A DNA stretch of 64,000 nt from Escherichia coli. Its GTDB lineage: Bacteria > Pseudomonadota > Gammaproteobacteria > Enterobacterales > Enterobacteriaceae. The stretch lies in NCBI RefSeq assembly GCF_003991155.1, contig NZ_CP031293.1; one strand, given 5' to 3'. Position 1 is the first letter of the stretch, and each line of letters opens with the position of its first letter. Position numbers and translations under genes: made by a program. The notes beneath the pieces were generated by a model that was not told the DNA's origin, made no database searches, and was given only the letters and a program-made list of their open reading frames with translations. Shown here piece by piece: positions 31,500-44,950 of this stretch.

Positions 31500-32015
31500 T
31501 TAATTATAATTGATCATAAATATCGCATCCGCTTTCGCCACACCAGGCTGAACACCGCTGGCTAACGCTCGATAATTGGCAAAAAAGTTTAGTGTGACAT
31601 TGCCATTAGCATCAACTTCCTCAGTCGAGCTCGCCTCCCCCAGTGCGAGCCGGGAGCGATCGCTATTACGTAATTCGATGGCGACGGTTTGTGCCATTGC
31701 GGGATCATCCAGAGCCAGCAGGTTGGCATCAGATGCCGGCGTTCCCGTAAATAAAATCGCAACTGAACCCGGAGGACATCCCTCCAGCCGCAGGCTAAAA
31801 GGGACGAGTGCCGTGGTATCGCCAGCGCTCAGTAATTGTGTCGTAGGCCATCTGCCTAAATCTACCGTCTTATCCTTATCCGCTGTGTTTACGGTACAGG
31901 AGAAATCAACAACGTTACCGTGCAAATTGATATTAATCGTTCCTAAAGGGTCAACTGCCCATCCACTGGAACTCCACAGTAGCCCGCAGAAACAGCTAAA
32001 GAGTACTCTTCTCAT
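31500..32015 (-). CDS. sfmF: Fimbrial minor subunit SfmF
   Basis: 171-aa product from internal Met (MRRVLFSCFCGLLWSSSGWA signal peptide). Confidence 0.85.
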   Translation of the reverse strand: MRRVLFSCFCGLLWSSSGWAVDPLGTININLHGNVVDFSCTVNTADKDKTVDLGRWPTTQLLSAGDTTALVPFSLRLEGCPPGSVAILFTGTPASDANLLALDDPAMAQTVAIELRNSDRSRLALGEASSTEEVDANGNVTLNFFANYRALASGVQPGVAKADAIFMINYN

Positions 32016-32025
32016 TCTCCGTACC

Positions 32026-33033
32026 TCATTGATAATCGACGCGTAAATACCCCAGCGCGCTAAACGGCCCTTCGGTCGGTTTTTGACCGGTAATACTGAT
32101 AGGCCAGGCGCGAAGTGTGACATTGGCTGCCGCAGCTGCATCCAGACGGAAAGGAATAACGCTATTGAGATCGTTAGGCGTGATCGGCGTATCGTTCTGA
32201 TCGGCCACAATAAAACCTAAATCCTGATTGTCCGACACCATCGCCTGACCAGAAACGGCACTGGCTTCCAGACGCATTGTTAAATAAGCCTGCGCAGCAA
32301 CATTCGTACATTTGATCGCAATGCTCTTGGTTTGCGGCATGACACCAGCTGGTCGATTCCCCGGCCCTGCCGCACTAAATAACGATGCGCCGATATCACC
32401 AAAATCAAATTCAACAATTTGCCCGGCATTTAATTCGCAGTTTTGCGGTACTTCAACCCGGCCACCAAAACTAATGGTATAAACAGGTGTAACCAACGGA
32501 TCGTTAGGCGTTGATGTCACATACACGGTAAACATCACCTGTCTGGGGATCTCCACCATGTTAATAAAGGGACGAATAACCTTTAAACGAAATATCAAAC
32601 GAGAATCCATCACCCCGAACGGAAGGTTTTGCGAAACGTTAGGATCTGTTCCCATACGAATATAATTTTGCGGAGGGAATTGAATATCCATCACGCTATC
32701 AACCAGACTCATCGCACCTAATAGATAATCATTTAATTGCATATATTTATAATTATCGATAGTTTCCTGAACAATAAAGTTGGTGACATAACTACGGTAT
32801 GTATAATTCACCAGCGTGCCGGGTGGACAAATTGCTGATACACCTACCCAGCCGGATTTTTCCGGTAAAACAACAATCTGCCCTGGCTGGTTATTGGTGC
32901 TATTAAAGACATTTGAGAGATCATAGTGTTCATCTTCTGCTACGCCAGTACTATTTGCACAAACAGTAGCCCAGGATATGTTTGTTAACCACAAACATGC
33001 CATTGCCAATAATAATCTGCAGATTATCTTCAT
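32026..33033 (-). CDS. sfmH: Fimbrial adhesin-like protein SfmH
   Basis: Signal peptide plus fimbrial domain; operon position. Confidence 0.85.
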   Translation of the reverse strand: MKIICRLLLAMACLWLTNISWATVCANSTGVAEDEHYDLSNVFNSTNNQPGQIVVLPEKSGWVGVSAICPPGTLVNYTYRSYVTNFIVQETIDNYKYMQLNDYLLGAMSLVDSVMDIQFPPQNYIRMGTDPNVSQNLPFGVMDSRLIFRLKVIRPFINMVEIPRQVMFTVYVTSTPNDPLVTPVYTISFGGRVEVPQNCELNAGQIVEFDFGDIGASLFSAAGPGNRPAGVMPQTKSIAIKCTNVAAQAYLTMRLEASAVSGQAMVSDNQDLGFIVADQNDTPITPNDLNSVIPFRLDAAAAANVTLRAWPISITGQKPTEGPFSALGYLRVDYQ

Positions 33034-33045
33034 TGATAATTTCCT

Positions 33046-35655
33046 TTATGAGCCAGGATGTGTGCAAACTGCCGAAATAACAGTGACGGCTTGCTGTAAG
33101 CTTTGCTTCGGCAATACATAGTGCGCAATGCAGCGTGAGTTCGCGCCGTTTCCCCACTGAACCAGTAATTCACCAGACAATGGCGCACCGCTTAAATAAA
33201 CTTGCCCGTCATCACCCACCATACTGGTTATTCCGGTACTGTTTTCCCGTACCAGTGATCCAAACGGCACCGGTTTTCCGCCCTGGGTAACGGTAATGAG
33301 CGCCCGCACGCCTATGCGGGTATCAAAATTGGCACGAACCAACGCGCCTTGCGTCGGCACAACGCTGCTAATATTTTTTTCAACATCGATGGAATTCCCC
33401 ATCGTATTGGTATCAAGCGCGATACGGTTATACCGATAAACCGTGGCATACGGCATCACCGCATAGCCGCGCCAGTCGGTTAAAATTCCAGTTTGATTTT
33501 CAATGCGTACACCGCCTGCACCTGGCGCTTTAATCAAAACATTGGTATCCCCTAAAGGCTGGCTCAGCGTTATACCATTTTCATGCCCGACCACACCGCC
33601 AGACAGCTGCCAGTTAACGTCATGTTGATCGCGGTCGTAGTTATACCCGACCCCCAGCGTACCGTAAGCGGCCTGCCAGTTTGCCGTGGCGCTGCCCGTA
33701 TACCCATTATTCGAGGTATCGCCCTGGCTTACGTGATAACTCAGGTTGTGGCCTTCCAGTAAGGTCCCACCAACGCCTGCCAGCCAGCTATTTTGCCCGT
33801 TGCTGTTACGGTTGGCGTTAAAGGAGGCATAATCGCGGTCGAGCGCATTTTCCCGGGTGTAGCGACGTTTGGTCAGAACATTGAAAGGCACTGAAACATT
33901 AAGTCCGACAATACGTTCGTTATCGGGGATCCCTACAGATTCATTCCACGAAAATGAGAGTGAATAACTGATGCCAACCCAGCTGCTGGTATACCCCACC
34001 TGATACCAGGTATCTGAATCCGAAGTATTCCAGTATTTTTGATGGGTACCAGAAATATAAAGCGAGCCAAAGTCATTAAGTGATTGTGAAATATTTAACT
34101 GCAAACGGTCTTTACGACTAAAGCGTAAATTGTGGTAATTCACGATTATCGGTTCATCGCGATGCTCACCGTCATAATCGTAATCATATTCGTACCCCTC
34201 CATTCGACGATACGCAACATCATCAAGGGTATAAAAACCTTGTGTCGAATAGCGGTAACCCATTAACTGAAAATTGGTGCCGAAAGTGTTCATTGATTTC
34301 GCATAGAGGAAGCGAATGGAATCCCCCTCATGACGACTGTCGTCGGCTAACTGACTGCGCGCATGCGTTACATCCAGCGACACTGCGCCCCAGTTCCCGA
34401 GGTTGCGCCCCAGCCCTAACAAAAAGGCGGTGTAATTTGCAGATAATTGCGTCCCGCCGTAGGCAGTAAATTCCTGTGGTAAACCGCCGAGTGCCGTGCC
34501 CTGAAAAAAGAAAGGCGACGATTGCTGACTATTACCGCTACGAAAATCGCCCGCCGTCAGGTCAAATTTGAAACGCCCTTCGCGTTGTAAAATTGGCACT
34601 GTTGAATACGGAATCGTGTAATTCTGCTGATTACCATCACGCTCGTCGATGGTGACGTCCAGATCGCCATTTGAAGATGTCGGGTGCAAATCTGTAATTT
34701 CAAAAGCGCCGGGGGAAACATAGCTTTGATAGATAATAAAACCATTTTGCCGAATCGTTAGCTGGGCCGCCGTACGGGCAATCCCACGTACCGTTGGAGC
34801 AAACCCCTGCTGGCTATCAGGATACATATTATCGGAAGAATAAAGCCGTACACCTCGAAATCCAACGCCATCGAAAATATCACTCCCTGTATTACCGTCT
34901 CCCATTACCAGTTCACTTTTCAGCGGAATAATGGCGCGCTGTACCCAGGTGCCAATATTATTCCACTGTTCTGAATGATATCCATTTCCGCGAAAATAGT
35001 TCCAGGAACCATTGTTGCGTAAACGCCACGGGCCAATATTAATCCCGCTGAGTTCACTAAAAAAATAGCTATCGTTACCATTACCTCTGTTACCGGTGAA
35101 ATTATAATTCAGGAGTAAAGCAGGAATACCTTCATCCCACTCTTCAGGCGGAATGTAACCGTGAGCGCTACTCAACAACGCTATCTGAGGAATAGTGATG
35201 TTCAGGCGCATCGCTGCAAAATCAAAGTTAATTGTGGCATCAGGTACAGCTTTCAGTAAATTGATGCATTTATTATTTTGCTGCTGGGCTAACTCGGGGA
35301 ATGCACTGCTATTAAGGCCAATTCGTTCAAGGAGTGCCTGGTTAAAACAAGGCATTAACCCACCTGATTTATCACCTGTATTTACTGTCGTCGATTCAAA
35401 TACGATATCCTGTGAACCAATGAACTCATCATTACGCCAGAGATCCACCCGATACACGCCCGCAGGTTGATGATTACCTCTCTCAAAGCGCGATAAATCA
35501 GCAACGGATGTGCCATTCTCTAATAAAAATGCCGGGTTGAAATAACTTTCCGCATAGCTTAAAAAGGAAGGTAAAATGGCAAGAGATGAATAACAAATTC
35601 CGGCCAGACACCAGGTATACCTCTGCGGAATATCCGTAGTAGTGGGTATTTTCAT
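33046..35655 (-). CDS. sfmD: Fimbrial usher SfmD
   Basis: 869-aa outer-membrane usher-like protein in chaperone-usher operon. Confidence 0.9.
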   Translation of the reverse strand: MKIPTTTDIPQRYTWCLAGICYSSLAILPSFLSYAESYFNPAFLLENGTSVADLSRFERGNHQPAGVYRVDLWRNDEFIGSQDIVFESTTVNTGDKSGGLMPCFNQALLERIGLNSSAFPELAQQQNNKCINLLKAVPDATINFDFAAMRLNITIPQIALLSSAHGYIPPEEWDEGIPALLLNYNFTGNRGNGNDSYFFSELSGINIGPWRLRNNGSWNYFRGNGYHSEQWNNIGTWVQRAIIPLKSELVMGDGNTGSDIFDGVGFRGVRLYSSDNMYPDSQQGFAPTVRGIARTAAQLTIRQNGFIIYQSYVSPGAFEITDLHPTSSNGDLDVTIDERDGNQQNYTIPYSTVPILQREGRFKFDLTAGDFRSGNSQQSSPFFFQGTALGGLPQEFTAYGGTQLSANYTAFLLGLGRNLGNWGAVSLDVTHARSQLADDSRHEGDSIRFLYAKSMNTFGTNFQLMGYRYSTQGFYTLDDVAYRRMEGYEYDYDYDGEHRDEPIIVNYHNLRFSRKDRLQLNISQSLNDFGSLYISGTHQKYWNTSDSDTWYQVGYTSSWVGISYSLSFSWNESVGIPDNERIVGLNVSVPFNVLTKRRYTRENALDRDYASFNANRNSNGQNSWLAGVGGTLLEGHNLSYHVSQGDTSNNGYTGSATANWQAAYGTLGVGYNYDRDQHDVNWQLSGGVVGHENGITLSQPLGDTNVLIKAPGAGGVRIENQTGILTDWRGYAVMPYATVYRYNRIALDTNTMGNSIDVEKNISSVVPTQGALVRANFDTRIGVRALITVTQGGKPVPFGSLVRENSTGITSMVGDDGQVYLSGAPLSGELLVQWGNGANSRCIAHYVLPKQSLQQAVTVISAVCTHPGS

Positions 35656-35685
35656 AATTAGCTCTGATATTGTCAGATGATTCGG

Positions 35686-36378
35686 TTAGTTTAAGTTCAC
35701 TTCTCTGACCGGGGTTACTGAACCATAATCATTAACGGTCTGAAATTTCAGCTTTCCCTGCACTCCTGAGGGTAAGGGAATTTGTGAATTAACTCTGGGT
35801 GCAGCCATAGCATTCCCCAGTTTTTGGCTGCCCACTTGCAGGTTAACCAGGGTGACATAAAAAGGTGATGGATTATGAACATTGATATAGTTACCGGATC
35901 GCGAAAACTTGAGTGTGTCCGGCGCTTCTGCGGGTAATTCTTGTAATTGAATTGGACGGAGAAATAATTTCATGCGCGATAAAATCGCCAGTTGCAAAAC
36001 ATTCCTGCCGTTCAATGCATTTTTATCTACCGAAGGGATCGTCTTAACATTCATCCAGAACAGAGACTCACGATCTGCCGCCAGCGGTGGACCGGTGTAA
36101 ATAATACGCAAAGTATTTTCGCTTTTGGGTTCACTAACAAACAGTGGCGGTGTAATGATGAATGACTTTTCTTTTACACCGCTGCTGTTTTCAATCCACG
36201 AATTGACCAGAAAGCGCTCATTGGTATGGCTATTTCTGATCCATACCGCAGTCTGTTTAGCATCAGCGGGATAAATAATACGCGTGGCACCTAATGCGAT
36301 CCCTCCGGCAGCATGGGCGCTGGTCGAAATGATTAAATAAAATATAATGAGCATCAATAACTTTATTTTAGTCATCAT
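35686..36378 (-). CDS. sfmC: Periplasmic fimbrial chaperone SfmC
   Basis: Track ORF to 36492; 230-aa product from [23 protein letters not shown]. Confidence 0.88.
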   Translation of the reverse strand: MMTKIKLLMLIIFYLIISTSAHAAGGIALGATRIIYPADAKQTAVWIRNSHTNERFLVNSWIENSSGVKEKSFIITPPLFVSEPKSENTLRIIYTGPPLAADRESLFWMNVKTIPSVDKNALNGRNVLQLAILSRMKLFLRPIQLQELPAEAPDTLKFSRSGNYINVHNPSPFYVTLVNLQVGSQKLGNAMAAPRVNSQIPLPSGVQGKLKFQTVNDYGSVTPVREVNLN

Positions 36379-36596
36379 AGTTAATACGCCTTGTGTATTC
36401 CTGACGGCAAAAATAAGGAGTATAAAGAAATGATTGCTTTGGTTTCTTACACACATCATTCCCTTTTCATTTAATAAAGCGGCATGATACAAAGTGAACG
36501 TGATTTCGATTTACATTGCCACCATACCGCTTCAGACAACCGGTACATTACTTTGTTATAAGACGTGATATATAATTCAAAACAACGTGGTTTTGA

Positions 36597-37139
36597 TTAT
36601 TCGTATCTCATAATAAAAGTCGCGTCAGCATTTGCTTGCCCTGCTGATGCACTTGTACCGGTGCCTTTATAACGTGCAGAAAAATGAAGAACGTTGGTCC
36701 CGGGGATCAAGTTCTGGTTGGTTGAGAAGCTATTCCCATCAGGTTTGAGAATTGCGGATGTATTATCAAGTATTTCAATACCGACACCCGTTGCTGTTGT
36801 TGTATTAGTACTGGATGCAATGGCCAATAAATTATCATTGATTGCATCCGCCTGACCAGAAAATGCAACGGCAGCATTAGCGGCAACGACAGGATCGCAG
36901 TCGTTCAACTGTATAGTGAATGGAATTAATGCAGAGGTATTACCAACAGCATTGAAAATATCGGTACGATATTGACCGAGTGTGACAACCTGGTCTGCCG
37001 AGTCAGTATTCACTGAACAGGCAGCATTCACCAGTTCGCCTTCAAAGTGAATTGTACCGCCATCTACAACGGCAGCATAACTACCCGTAGCGGCGAATAG
37101 TGCGGCGGCCAGCGCAGACGAAATAAATCTTAATTTCAT
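36597..37139 (-). CDS. sfmA: Fimbrial major subunit SfmA
   Basis: 180-aa product from [22 protein letters not shown]. Confidence 0.88.
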   Translation of the reverse strand: MKLRFISSALAAALFAATGSYAAVVDGGTIHFEGELVNAACSVNTDSADQVVTLGQYRTDIFNAVGNTSALIPFTIQLNDCDPVVAANAAVAFSGQADAINDNLLAIASSTNTTTATGVGIEILDNTSAILKPDGNSFSTNQNLIPGTNVLHFSARYKGTGTSASAGQANADATFIMRYE

Positions 37140-37610
37140 ATATATTCCTTCAATCTCATTTATCGACTCCACATCCGTATATAACCGATTACTTTATTTA
37201 AGACACTGATAGTAGTAAAATTCCTTTTTATCCTCTAAGAATGTCTTAATTGAAAATATGCACTCTATTCTAAAAAATAGAGAGCCCCGTTAGATGAATA
37301 TTTCCGCGCAAAATATATTCAACACAAATATAGACCTGAAGCGGTAAATTACCAGGCTGAAAATTCTTTTTATATTGTCAGGTATTTCTTAAATTATCTT
37401 AATCCTTAGACAAGGAAATAAATCAGTTCCAGATTTACAACGCCATCATGGACGAAAAATGAAGCTTTCAATCTCAGCGACGGTGCGCCTCACCTTCGCA
37501 AGAGGTCGCTTCACGCGATAAATCTGAAACGAAACCTGACAGCGCGCCCCGCTTCTGACAAAATAGGCGCATCCCCTTCGACCTACGTAACAGATGGAAT
37601 CCTCTCTCTG

Positions 37611-38477
37611 ATGGCAGCAAAGATTATTGACGGTAAAACGATTGCGCAGCAGGTGCGCTCTGAAGTTGCTCAAAAAGTTCAGGCGCGTATTGCAGCCGGA
37701 CTGCGGGCACCAGGACTGGCCGTTGTGCTGGTGGGTAGTAACCCTGCATCGCAAATTTATGTCGCAAGCAAACGCAAGGCTTGTGAAGAAGTCGGGTTCG
37801 TCTCCCGCTCTTATGACCTCCCGGAAACCACCAGCGAAGCGGAGCTGCTGGAGCTTATCGATGCGCTGAATGCCGACAACACCATCGATGGCATTCTGGT
37901 TCAACTGCCGTTACCGGCGGGTATTGATAACGTCAAAGTGCTGGAACGTATACACCCGGACAAAGACGTAGACGGTTTCCATCCTTATAACGTCGGTCGC
38001 CTGTGCCAGCGCGCGCCGCGTCTGCGTCCCTGCACCCCGCGCGGTATTGTCACGCTGCTTGAGCGTTACAACATTGATACCTTCGGCCTCAACGCCGTGG
38101 TGATTGGCGCATCGAATATCGTTGGCCGCCCGATGAGCATGGAACTGCTACTGGCAGGTTGCACCACCACCGTGACTCACCGTTTCACTAAAAATCTGCG
38201 TCACCACGTAGAAAATGCCGATCTACTGATCGTTGCCGTCGGCAAGCCGGGCTTTATTCCTGGTGACTGGATCAAAGAAGGCGCAATTGTGATTGATGTC
38301 GGCATCAACCGTCTGGAAAATGGCAAAGTTGTGGGCGACGTCGTGTTTGAAGACGCGGCTAAACGCGCCTCATACATTACGCCTGTTCCGGGCGGCGTTG
38401 GCCCGATGACGGTTGCCACGCTGATTGAAAACACGCTACAGGCGTGCGTTGAATATCATGATCCACAGGGTGAGTAA
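37611..38477 (+). CDS. folD: Methylenetetrahydrofolate dehydrogenase/cyclohydrolase FolD
   Basis: 288 aa, recognised FolD sequence. Confidence 0.95.
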
Positions 38478-38478
38478 C

Positions 38479-38691
38479 ATGGCGACATTTTCTTTAGGTA
38501 AACATCCGCACGTTGAGCTGTGCGACTTGCTGAAACTGGAAGGCTGGAGCGAAAGCGGCGCGCAGGCGAAAATCGCGATTGCCGAAGGCCAGGTGAAAGT
38601 CGACGGTGCGGTTGAAACGCGCAAACGCTGCAAAATCGTCGCCGGGCAGACAGTGAGTTTTGCAGGTCACAGCGTACAGGTTGTTGCCTGA
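38479..38691 (+). CDS. ybcJ: YbcJ (S4-like RNA-binding protein)
   Basis: 70-aa product from MATFSLGKHPHVELCDLL. Confidence 0.85.
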   Translation: MATFSLGKHPHVELCDLLKLEGWSESGAQAKIAIAEGQVKVDGAVETRKRCKIVAGQTVSFAGHSVQVVA

Positions 38692-38798
38692 TCCCTTTCC
38701 CGGCCTGTAACAACAGGCCGGTTCTCTTTTCAGACTGTTGCCCTCTACGCCCCGTTCATCCATGCTGATAGCATCGACATTTTGCCGAAGCGACCATC

Positions 38799-39320
38799 AT
38801 GCCAACCGTTATTACGCACGCCGCCGTTCCCCTTTGCATTGCTTTAGGGTTGGGTTCGAAAGTCATCCCTCCGCGCCTGTTATTTGCCGGAATCATCCTG
38901 GCGATGCTGCCCGATGCCGACGTCTTGTCGTTTAAATTTGGCGTTGCTTACGGCAATGTTTTTGGTCATCGCGGGTTTACCCATTCGCTGGTGTTTGCGT
39001 TTGTTGTCCCGCTGTTATGTGCGCTGATTGGACGCCGATGGTTCAGGGCTGGGCTGATTCGCTGCTGGCTGTTTTTAACCGTCTCGTTGCTATCGCACAG
39101 CTTGCTGGATTCGGTAACCACTGGCGGTAAAGGCGTTGGCTGGCTGTGGCCGTGGTCAGATGAACGCTTTTTCGCCCCCTGGCAGGTGATTAAAGTCGCG
39201 CCGTTTGCATTGTCTCGTTACACCACAGCGTACGGGCATCAGGTGATTATTTCTGAATTGATGTGGGTGTGGTTGCCGGGGATGCTACTGATGGGAATGT
39301 TGTGGTGGCGCAGACGATAA
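38799..39320 (+). CDS. ybcI: YbcI inner-membrane protein
   Basis: 173 aa, multiple hydrophobic segments; conserved position. Confidence 0.85.
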   Translation: MPTVITHAAVPLCIALGLGSKVIPPRLLFAGIILAMLPDADVLSFKFGVAYGNVFGHRGFTHSLVFAFVVPLLCALIGRRWFRAGLIRCWLFLTVSLLSHSLLDSVTTGGKGVGWLWPWSDERFFAPWQVIKVAPFALSRYTTAYGHQVIISELMWVWLPGMLLMGMLWWRRR

Positions 39321-39355
39321 CCGGATGCGAAAACTCGCATCCGGCAATAGCGCAA

Positions 39356-40741
39356 TTACTTACGACGCCAGGTGGTCCCTTGTGGGCCATCTTCCAGCAC
39401 GATCCCCATCTCGTTAAGACGGTCACGCGCCGCATCTGCCGCCGCCCAGTCTTTGGCTTTACGGGCATCCAGACGCTGTTGAATTAACGCTTCAATCTCA
39501 GCCACTTCGCTGTCGTCTGCCTGCGCGCCGCTTTGCAGGAACGCTTCCGGTTCTTGCTCCAGCAGGCCCAATACGGCGGAAAGTTTACGCAGGTGAGATG
39601 CCATTGCATTCGCCGCTGCCATATCTTCTGCTTTCAGACGGTTCACTTCACGCGCCATATCAAACAGCACGGAATAGGCTTCCGGGGTGTTGAAATCGTC
39701 GTCCATCGCTTCAATAAAGCGCGCTTCAAACGCTTCGCCACCGGCAGGCGCAACAGTTTTATCTGTGCCGCGCAGCGCAGTGTAGAGACGCTCCAGCGCC
39801 GCACGCGCCTGCTTCAGGTTCTCTTCGCTATAGTTCAGCTGGCTGCGATAGTGCCCCGACATCAGGAAGTAACGCACGGTTTCCGCGTCGTAGTATTTCA
39901 GCACATCGCGCACGGTAAAGAAGTTACCCAGCGATTTGGACATCTTCTCGCGGTCAACCATCACCATCCCCGAGTGCATCCAGTAGTTCACATACTGGCC
40001 ATCATGGGCACAGGTGGACTGCGCGATTTCGTTCTCGTGGTGCGGGAACATCAGGTCAGAACCGCCGCCGTGGATATCAAAGTGGTTACCCAGCTGCTTG
40101 CAGTTCATTGCCGAACATTCAATGTGCCAGCCTGGACGGCCCGCGCCCCACGGAGACGGCCAGCTCGGCTCGCCCTCTTTCGACATCTTCCACAGAACGA
40201 AGTCCATCGGGTTGCGTTTGTCATCGACCACGTCAACGCGCGCGCCTGCCTGCAGCTGGTCGAGATCCTGACGCGACAGCACGCCATAGGTCGGATCGGT
40301 CGGGACGTCGAACATCACGTCGCCGTTGTCCGCCACATAAGCGTGACCTTTGGCGATCAGTTGTTCAGTGAGTTCAATAATTTCTGCGATATGGTGCGTC
40401 GCGCGCGGCTCCATATCCGGGCGCAAAATGTTCAACGCATCAAAATCTTTGTGCATTTCGGCGATCATGCGATCCACCAGCGCCACAAAGCTTTCGCCAT
40501 TTTCATTGGCGCGTTTGATGATTTTGTCGTCGATATCAGTAATGTTGCGCACATACTTCAGCTTATAGCCGAGGAAACGCAGATAGCGCGCGACCACGTC
40601 AAAGGCAACAAAGGTACGCCCGTGACCGATATGACAGAGATCGTAAACGGTGATTCCACACACGTACATGCCGACTTCCCCGGCGTGAATAGGCTTAAAT
40701 TCCTCTTTTTGGCGTGTCAGAGTATTGAAGATTTTTAGCAT
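39356..40741 (-). CDS. cysS: Cysteinyl-tRNA synthetase
   Basis: 461 aa; HIGH (CHIGHGRT) and KMSKS motifs. Confidence 0.95.
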
Positions 40742-40914
40742 CGAAGATTCCGTTTAGACATGTGTGGGTAATTGAGTTGCGTATAATACCCATATTTCCC
40801 GCGCGAATCAGCATACATTGCGTGATGATCCGATCGTGCGGTTATGCTATAACACCACCCTATATATGACCCGAACCGGGTTGAAGCACCAATCAAACGG
40901 AACAGGATGCAAAA

Positions 40915-41409
40915 ATGGTTACTTTCCACACCAATCACGGCGATATTGTCATCAAAACTTTTGACGATAAAGCACCTGAAACAGTTAAAAACTTCCTGGA
41001 CTACTGCCGCGAAGGTTTTTACAACAACACCATTTTCCACCGTGTAATCAACGGCTTTATGATTCAGGGCGGCGGTTTTGAACCTGGCATGAAGCAAAAA
41101 ACCACCAAAGACCCGATCAAAAACGAAGCCAATAACGGTCTGAAAAATACCCGTGGTACGCTGGCAATGGCCCGTACTCAGGCACCGCACTCTGCAACTG
41201 CACAGTTCTTCATCAACGTGGTTGATAACGACTTCCTGAACTTCTCTGGCGAAAGCCTGCAAGGTTGGGGTTACTGCGTGTTTGCTGAAGTGGTTGAAGG
41301 CATGGACGTGGTAGACAAAATCAAAGGTGTGGCAACCGGTCGTAGCGGTATGCACCAGGACGTGCCAAAAGAAGACGTTATCATTGAAAGCGTGACCGTT
41401 AGCGAGTAA
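40915..41409 (+). CDS. ppiB: Peptidyl-prolyl cis-trans isomerase B
   Basis: 164 aa cyclophilin sequence. Confidence 0.95.
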   Translation: MVTFHTNHGDIVIKTFDDKAPETVKNFLDYCREGFYNNTIFHRVINGFMIQGGGFEPGMKQKTTKDPIKNEANNGLKNTRGTLAMARTQAPHSATAQFFINVVDNDFLNFSGESLQGWGYCVFAEVVEGMDVVDKIKGVATGRSGMHQDVPKEDVIIESVTVSE

Positions 41410-41411
41410 TC

Positions 41412-42134
41412 GTGGCGACACTCTTTATTGCAGATCTTCATCTCTGCGCGGAAGAACCGGCGATCACCGCCGGTTTTCTGCGTTTTTTAGCGGGGGAAGC
41501 CCGCAAGGCCGACGCGCTGTATATTCTTGGCGATCTGTTTGAAGCGTGGATTGGCGACGACGATCCCAACCCACTCCATCGCCAGATGGCGGCAGCGATC
41601 AAAGCGGTGTCCGATTCCGGTGTTCCCTGTTATTTCATTCATGGCAACCGTGATTTTCTGCTCGGCAAACGCTTTGCCCGTGAAAGCGGCATGACGTTAT
41701 TGCCGGAAGAAAAGGTGCTCGAACTGTATGGTCGCCGGGTATTGATTATGCATGGCGACACGCTGTGCACCGATGACGCCGGTTATCAGGCTTTTCGCGC
41801 CAAAGTCCACAAACCCTGGCTGCAAACGCTATTCCTCGCCCTGCCGTTGTTTGTGCGCAAACGCATTGCCGCGCGAATGCGAGCGAACAGCAAAGAAGCC
41901 AACAGCAGTAAATCGCTGGCGATCATGGACGTTAACCAAAACGCGGTGGTCAGTGCAATGGAAAAACATCAGGTGCAATGGCTGATCCACGGACATACCC
42001 ATCGCCCGGCGGTACATGAACTTATCGCCAATCAGCAACCTGCTTTTCGCGTCGTGCTGGGTGCCTGGCATACGGAAGGTTCAATGGTGAAAGTCACGGC
42101 GGATGACGTTGAGCTGATTCATTTTCCGTTTTAA
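41412..42134 (+). CDS. lpxH: UDP-2,3-diacylglucosamine hydrolase LpxH
   Basis: 240 aa, metallophosphatase motifs (GDLFEAW, GNRDF). Confidence 0.93.
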   Translation: MATLFIADLHLCAEEPAITAGFLRFLAGEARKADALYILGDLFEAWIGDDDPNPLHRQMAAAIKAVSDSGVPCYFIHGNRDFLLGKRFARESGMTLLPEEKVLELYGRRVLIMHGDTLCTDDAGYQAFRAKVHKPWLQTLFLALPLFVRKRIAARMRANSKEANSSKSLAIMDVNQNAVVSAMEKHQVQWLIHGHTHRPAVHELIANQQPAFRVVLGAWHTEGSMVKVTADDVELIHFPF

Positions 42135-42250
42135 ATACCCGCAACTTTGCTGATTTCACAGCCACGCAACCGTTTTCCTTGCTCTCTTTCCGTGCTATTC
42201 TCTGTGCCCTCTAAAGCCGAGAGTTGTGCACCACAGGAGTTTTAAGACGC

Positions 42251-42760
42251 ATGTCTTCCCGCAATAATCCGGCGCGTGTCGCCATCGTGATGGGGTCCAA
42301 AAGCGACTGGGCTACCATGCAGTTCGCCGCCGAAATCTTCGAAATCCTGAATGTCCCGCACCACGTTGAAGTGGTTTCTGCTCACCGCACCCCCGATAAA
42401 CTGTTCAGCTTCGCCGAAAGCGCCGAAGAAAACGGTTATCAGGTGATTATTGCGGGCGCAGGCGGCGCGGCGCACCTGCCAGGCATGATTGCCGCCAAAA
42501 CGCTGGTGCCTGTGCTGGGCGTGCCAGTACAGAGCGCCGCACTGAGCGGTGTCGATAGCCTCTACTCTATCGTGCAAATGCCACGCGGCATTCCGGTGGG
42601 TACGCTGGCGATTGGTAAAGCTGGCGCGGCAAACGCGGCGTTACTGGCAGCACAAATTCTTGCGACTCATGATAAAGAACTGCACCAGCGTCTGAATGAC
42701 TGGCGCAAAGCACAAACTGATGAAGTGCTGGAAAACCCGGACCCGCGAGGTGCGGCATGA
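42251..42760 (+). CDS. purE: N5-carboxyaminoimidazole ribonucleotide mutase PurE
   Basis: Track ORF 42224..42760; 169-aa product from [20 protein letters not shown]. Confidence 0.93.
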   Translation: MSSRNNPARVAIVMGSKSDWATMQFAAEIFEILNVPHHVEVVSAHRTPDKLFSFAESAEENGYQVIIAGAGGAAHLPGMIAAKTLVPVLGVPVQSAALSGVDSLYSIVQMPRGIPVGTLAIGKAGAANAALLAAQILATHDKELHQRLNDWRKAQTDEVLENPDPRGAA

Positions 42761-43824
42761 AACAGGTTTGCGTCCTCGGTAACGGGCAGTTAGGCCGTAT
42801 GCTGCGTCAGGCAGGCGAACCGTTAGGCATTGCTGTCTGGCCAGTCGGGCTGGACGCTGAACCGGCGGCGGTGCCTTTTCAACAAAGTGTGATTACCGCT
42901 GAGATCGAACGCTGGCCGGAAACCGCATTAACCCGCGAGCTGGCGCGCCATCCGGCCTTTGTGAACCGCGATGTGTTCCCGATTATTGCTGACCGTCTGA
43001 CTCAGAAGCAGCTTTTCGATAAGCTCCACCTGCCGACCGCACCGTGGCAGTTACTTGCCGATCGCAGCGAGTGGCCTGCGGTGTTTGATCGTTTAGGTGA
43101 GCTGGCGATTGTTAAGCGTCGCACTGGTGGCTATGACGGACGCGGTCAATGGCGTTTACGCGCCGATGAAACCGAACAGTTACCGGCTGAATGCTACGGC
43201 GAATGTATTGTCGAGCAGGGCATAAACTTCTCTGGTGAAGTGTCGCTGGTTGGCGCGCGCGGCTTTGATGGTAGCACCGTGTTTTATCCGCTGACGCATA
43301 ACCTGCATCAGGACGGTATTTTGCGCACCAGCGTCGCTTTCCCGCAGGCCAACGCGCAGCAGCAGGCGCAGGCCGAAGAGATGCTGTCGGCGATTATGCA
43401 GGAGCTGGGCTATGTGGGCGTGATGGCGATGGAGTGTTTTGTCACCCCGCAAGGTCTGCTGATCAACGAACTGGCTCCGCGTGTGCATAACAGCGGTCAC
43501 TGGACACAAAACGGTGCCAGCATCAGCCAGTTTGAGCTGCATCTGCGGGCGATTACCGATCTGCCGTTACCGCAACCGGTAGTGAATAGTCCGTCGGTGA
43601 TGATCAACCTGATTGGTAGCGATGTGAATTATGACTGGCTGAAACTGCCGCTGGTGCATCTGCACTGGTACGACAAAGAAGTCCGTCCGGGGCGTAAAGT
43701 GGGGCATTTAAATTTGACCGACAGCGACACATCGCGTCTGACCGCGACGCTGGAAGCCTTAATCCCGCTGCTGCCGCCAGAATATGCTAGCGGCGTGATT
43801 TGGGCGCAGAGCAAGTTCAGTTAA
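42757..43824 (+). CDS. purK: N5-CAIR synthetase PurK
   Basis: 355 aa ATP-grasp protein; overlaps purE stop. Confidence 0.93.
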   Translation: MKQVCVLGNGQLGRMLRQAGEPLGIAVWPVGLDAEPAAVPFQQSVITAEIERWPETALTRELARHPAFVNRDVFPIIADRLTQKQLFDKLHLPTAPWQLLADRSEWPAVFDRLGELAIVKRRTGGYDGRGQWRLRADETEQLPAECYGECIVEQGINFSGEVSLVGARGFDGSTVFYPLTHNLHQDGILRTSVAFPQANAQQQAQAEEMLSAIMQELGYVGVMAMECFVTPQGLLINELAPRVHNSGHWTQNGASISQFELHLRAITDLPLPQPVVNSPSVMINLIGSDVNYDWLKLPLVHLHWYDKEVRPGRKVGHLNLTDSDTSRLTATLEALIPLLPPEYASGVIWAQSKFS

Positions 43825-43841
43825 TTGATGCTCATTTTCTT

Positions 43842-44030
43842 GCCGCATGCGGCGTGAACGCCTTATCCGGCCTACCGTTCCAACACCGACTGTAGGCCTG
43901 ATAAGATGCGCCAGCATCGCATCAGGCATGGTGTGCCGATTGCCGGATGCGGCGTGAACGCCTTATCCGGCCTACCGTTCCGACACCGCCTGTAGACCTG
44001 ATAAGACGCGCCAGCATCGCATCAGGCTAG
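43842..44030. repeat. REP/BIME tandem repeat (two ~99-bp units)
   Basis: Near-identical units starting about 43842 and 43941 (GCCGSATGCGGCGTGAACGCCTTATCCGGCCTAC...), typical REP palindromes between convergent genes. Confidence 0.75.
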
Positions 44031-44056
44031 ATGTGCCAATTGCCTGGTGCCCATCA

Positions 44057-44950
44057 CTACAGCGAAATACAGGTCCCCGCTTCGCCCGCCAGCGTCTCTT
44101 CAATCCGCGATAACGCCCCAATCCACGCAGGTTTACCACGGCTTCTGACATAGCCACTCACCGCCGTTACCTTCGGCCCCATCGAACCATCGGCTTTGGC
44201 AAATGGCGCTAACTCATCCGGTGTGGCATGGCGAATGGCACGTTGCTGCGGCGTTCCCCAGTTTTCATATACCGCATCAGCATCGGTGAGGATCACCAGT
44301 CCATCGGCATTAATCTGCTCGGCGAGCAACGCAGCGGCGAGATCTTTATCAATCACCGCTTCACTCCCTGCCCCGTCTTCCGCCACAGGCACACCGCCGC
44401 CGCCACTGCAAATCACCACATGCCCCTCTTTGAGCAACAACTCGATGGCTTCGCTGTCGAGAATTTTACGCGGTTGCGGAGACGCCACCACCCGGCGCAA
44501 ATATTTACCATCACGTTTCATCTGCCAGCCGTAAGCCGCTTCCAGTGCCTCTTGTTCTTCTGGCTGATAAACCGGACCGATAAACTTCTCTGGCTGTAAA
44601 AACGCCGGATCATCAGGCGAAACCTCAATGCGCGTCAGCACCGTCGTGACAGGCGGCATCTGCGGCTGTGCGCTCAAGCTCTGCGCCAGCATATAGCCAA
44701 TCATCCCCTGGCTTTCCGCCACCAGCACATCCAGCGGATACGGTTCTACCTCTTTCCACGCCAGATTCTGTAACGCCAGCAGTCCCACCTGCGGTCCGTT
44801 GCCGTGAACAATCGCCAGCCGATAAGAACGGGCCAGGCGCGCCAGCGCGGGTACAGCACTGGCAATATTGCGATATTGATTTTCTGCCGTCAGCGCCTCA
44901 CCGCGCTGGAGTAAGGCGTTGCCCCCAAGAGCCACAACCAGTGTTTTCAT
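44057..44950 (-). CDS. ybcF: Carbamate kinase-like protein YbcF (ArcC family)
   Basis: Track ORF to 45064; 297-aa product from [18 protein letters not shown]. Confidence 0.85.
   Translation of the reverse strand: MKTLVVALGGNALLQRGEALTAENQYRNIASAVPALARLARSYRLAIVHGNGPQVGLLALQNLAWKEVEPYPLDVLVAESQGMIGYMLAQSLSAQPQMPPVTTVLTRIEVSPDDPAFLQPEKFIGPVYQPEEQEALEAAYGWQMKRDGKYLRRVVASPQPRKILDSEAIELLLKEGHVVICSGGGGVPVAEDGAGSEAVIDKDLAAALLAEQINADGLVILTDADAVYENWGTPQQRAIRHATPDELAPFAKADGSMGPKVTAVSGYVRSRGKPAWIGALSRIEETLAGEAGTCISL

Noticed and set aside
37446-37904. 152-aa minus-strand ORF upstream of and overlapping folD
   Set aside because: Overlaps the folD start and promoter, Cys/Arg-rich translation, no RBS; K-12 has no gene here.
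39533-40738. 401-aa plus-strand ORF
   Set aside because: Lies entirely antisense to cysS, whose identity is unambiguous (HIGH/KMSKS motifs); an antisense artefact of a long gene.
43972-44157. 61-aa minus-strand ORF
   Set aside because: Falls across the REP/BIME repeats and the ybcF 3' end; repeat-derived artefact.
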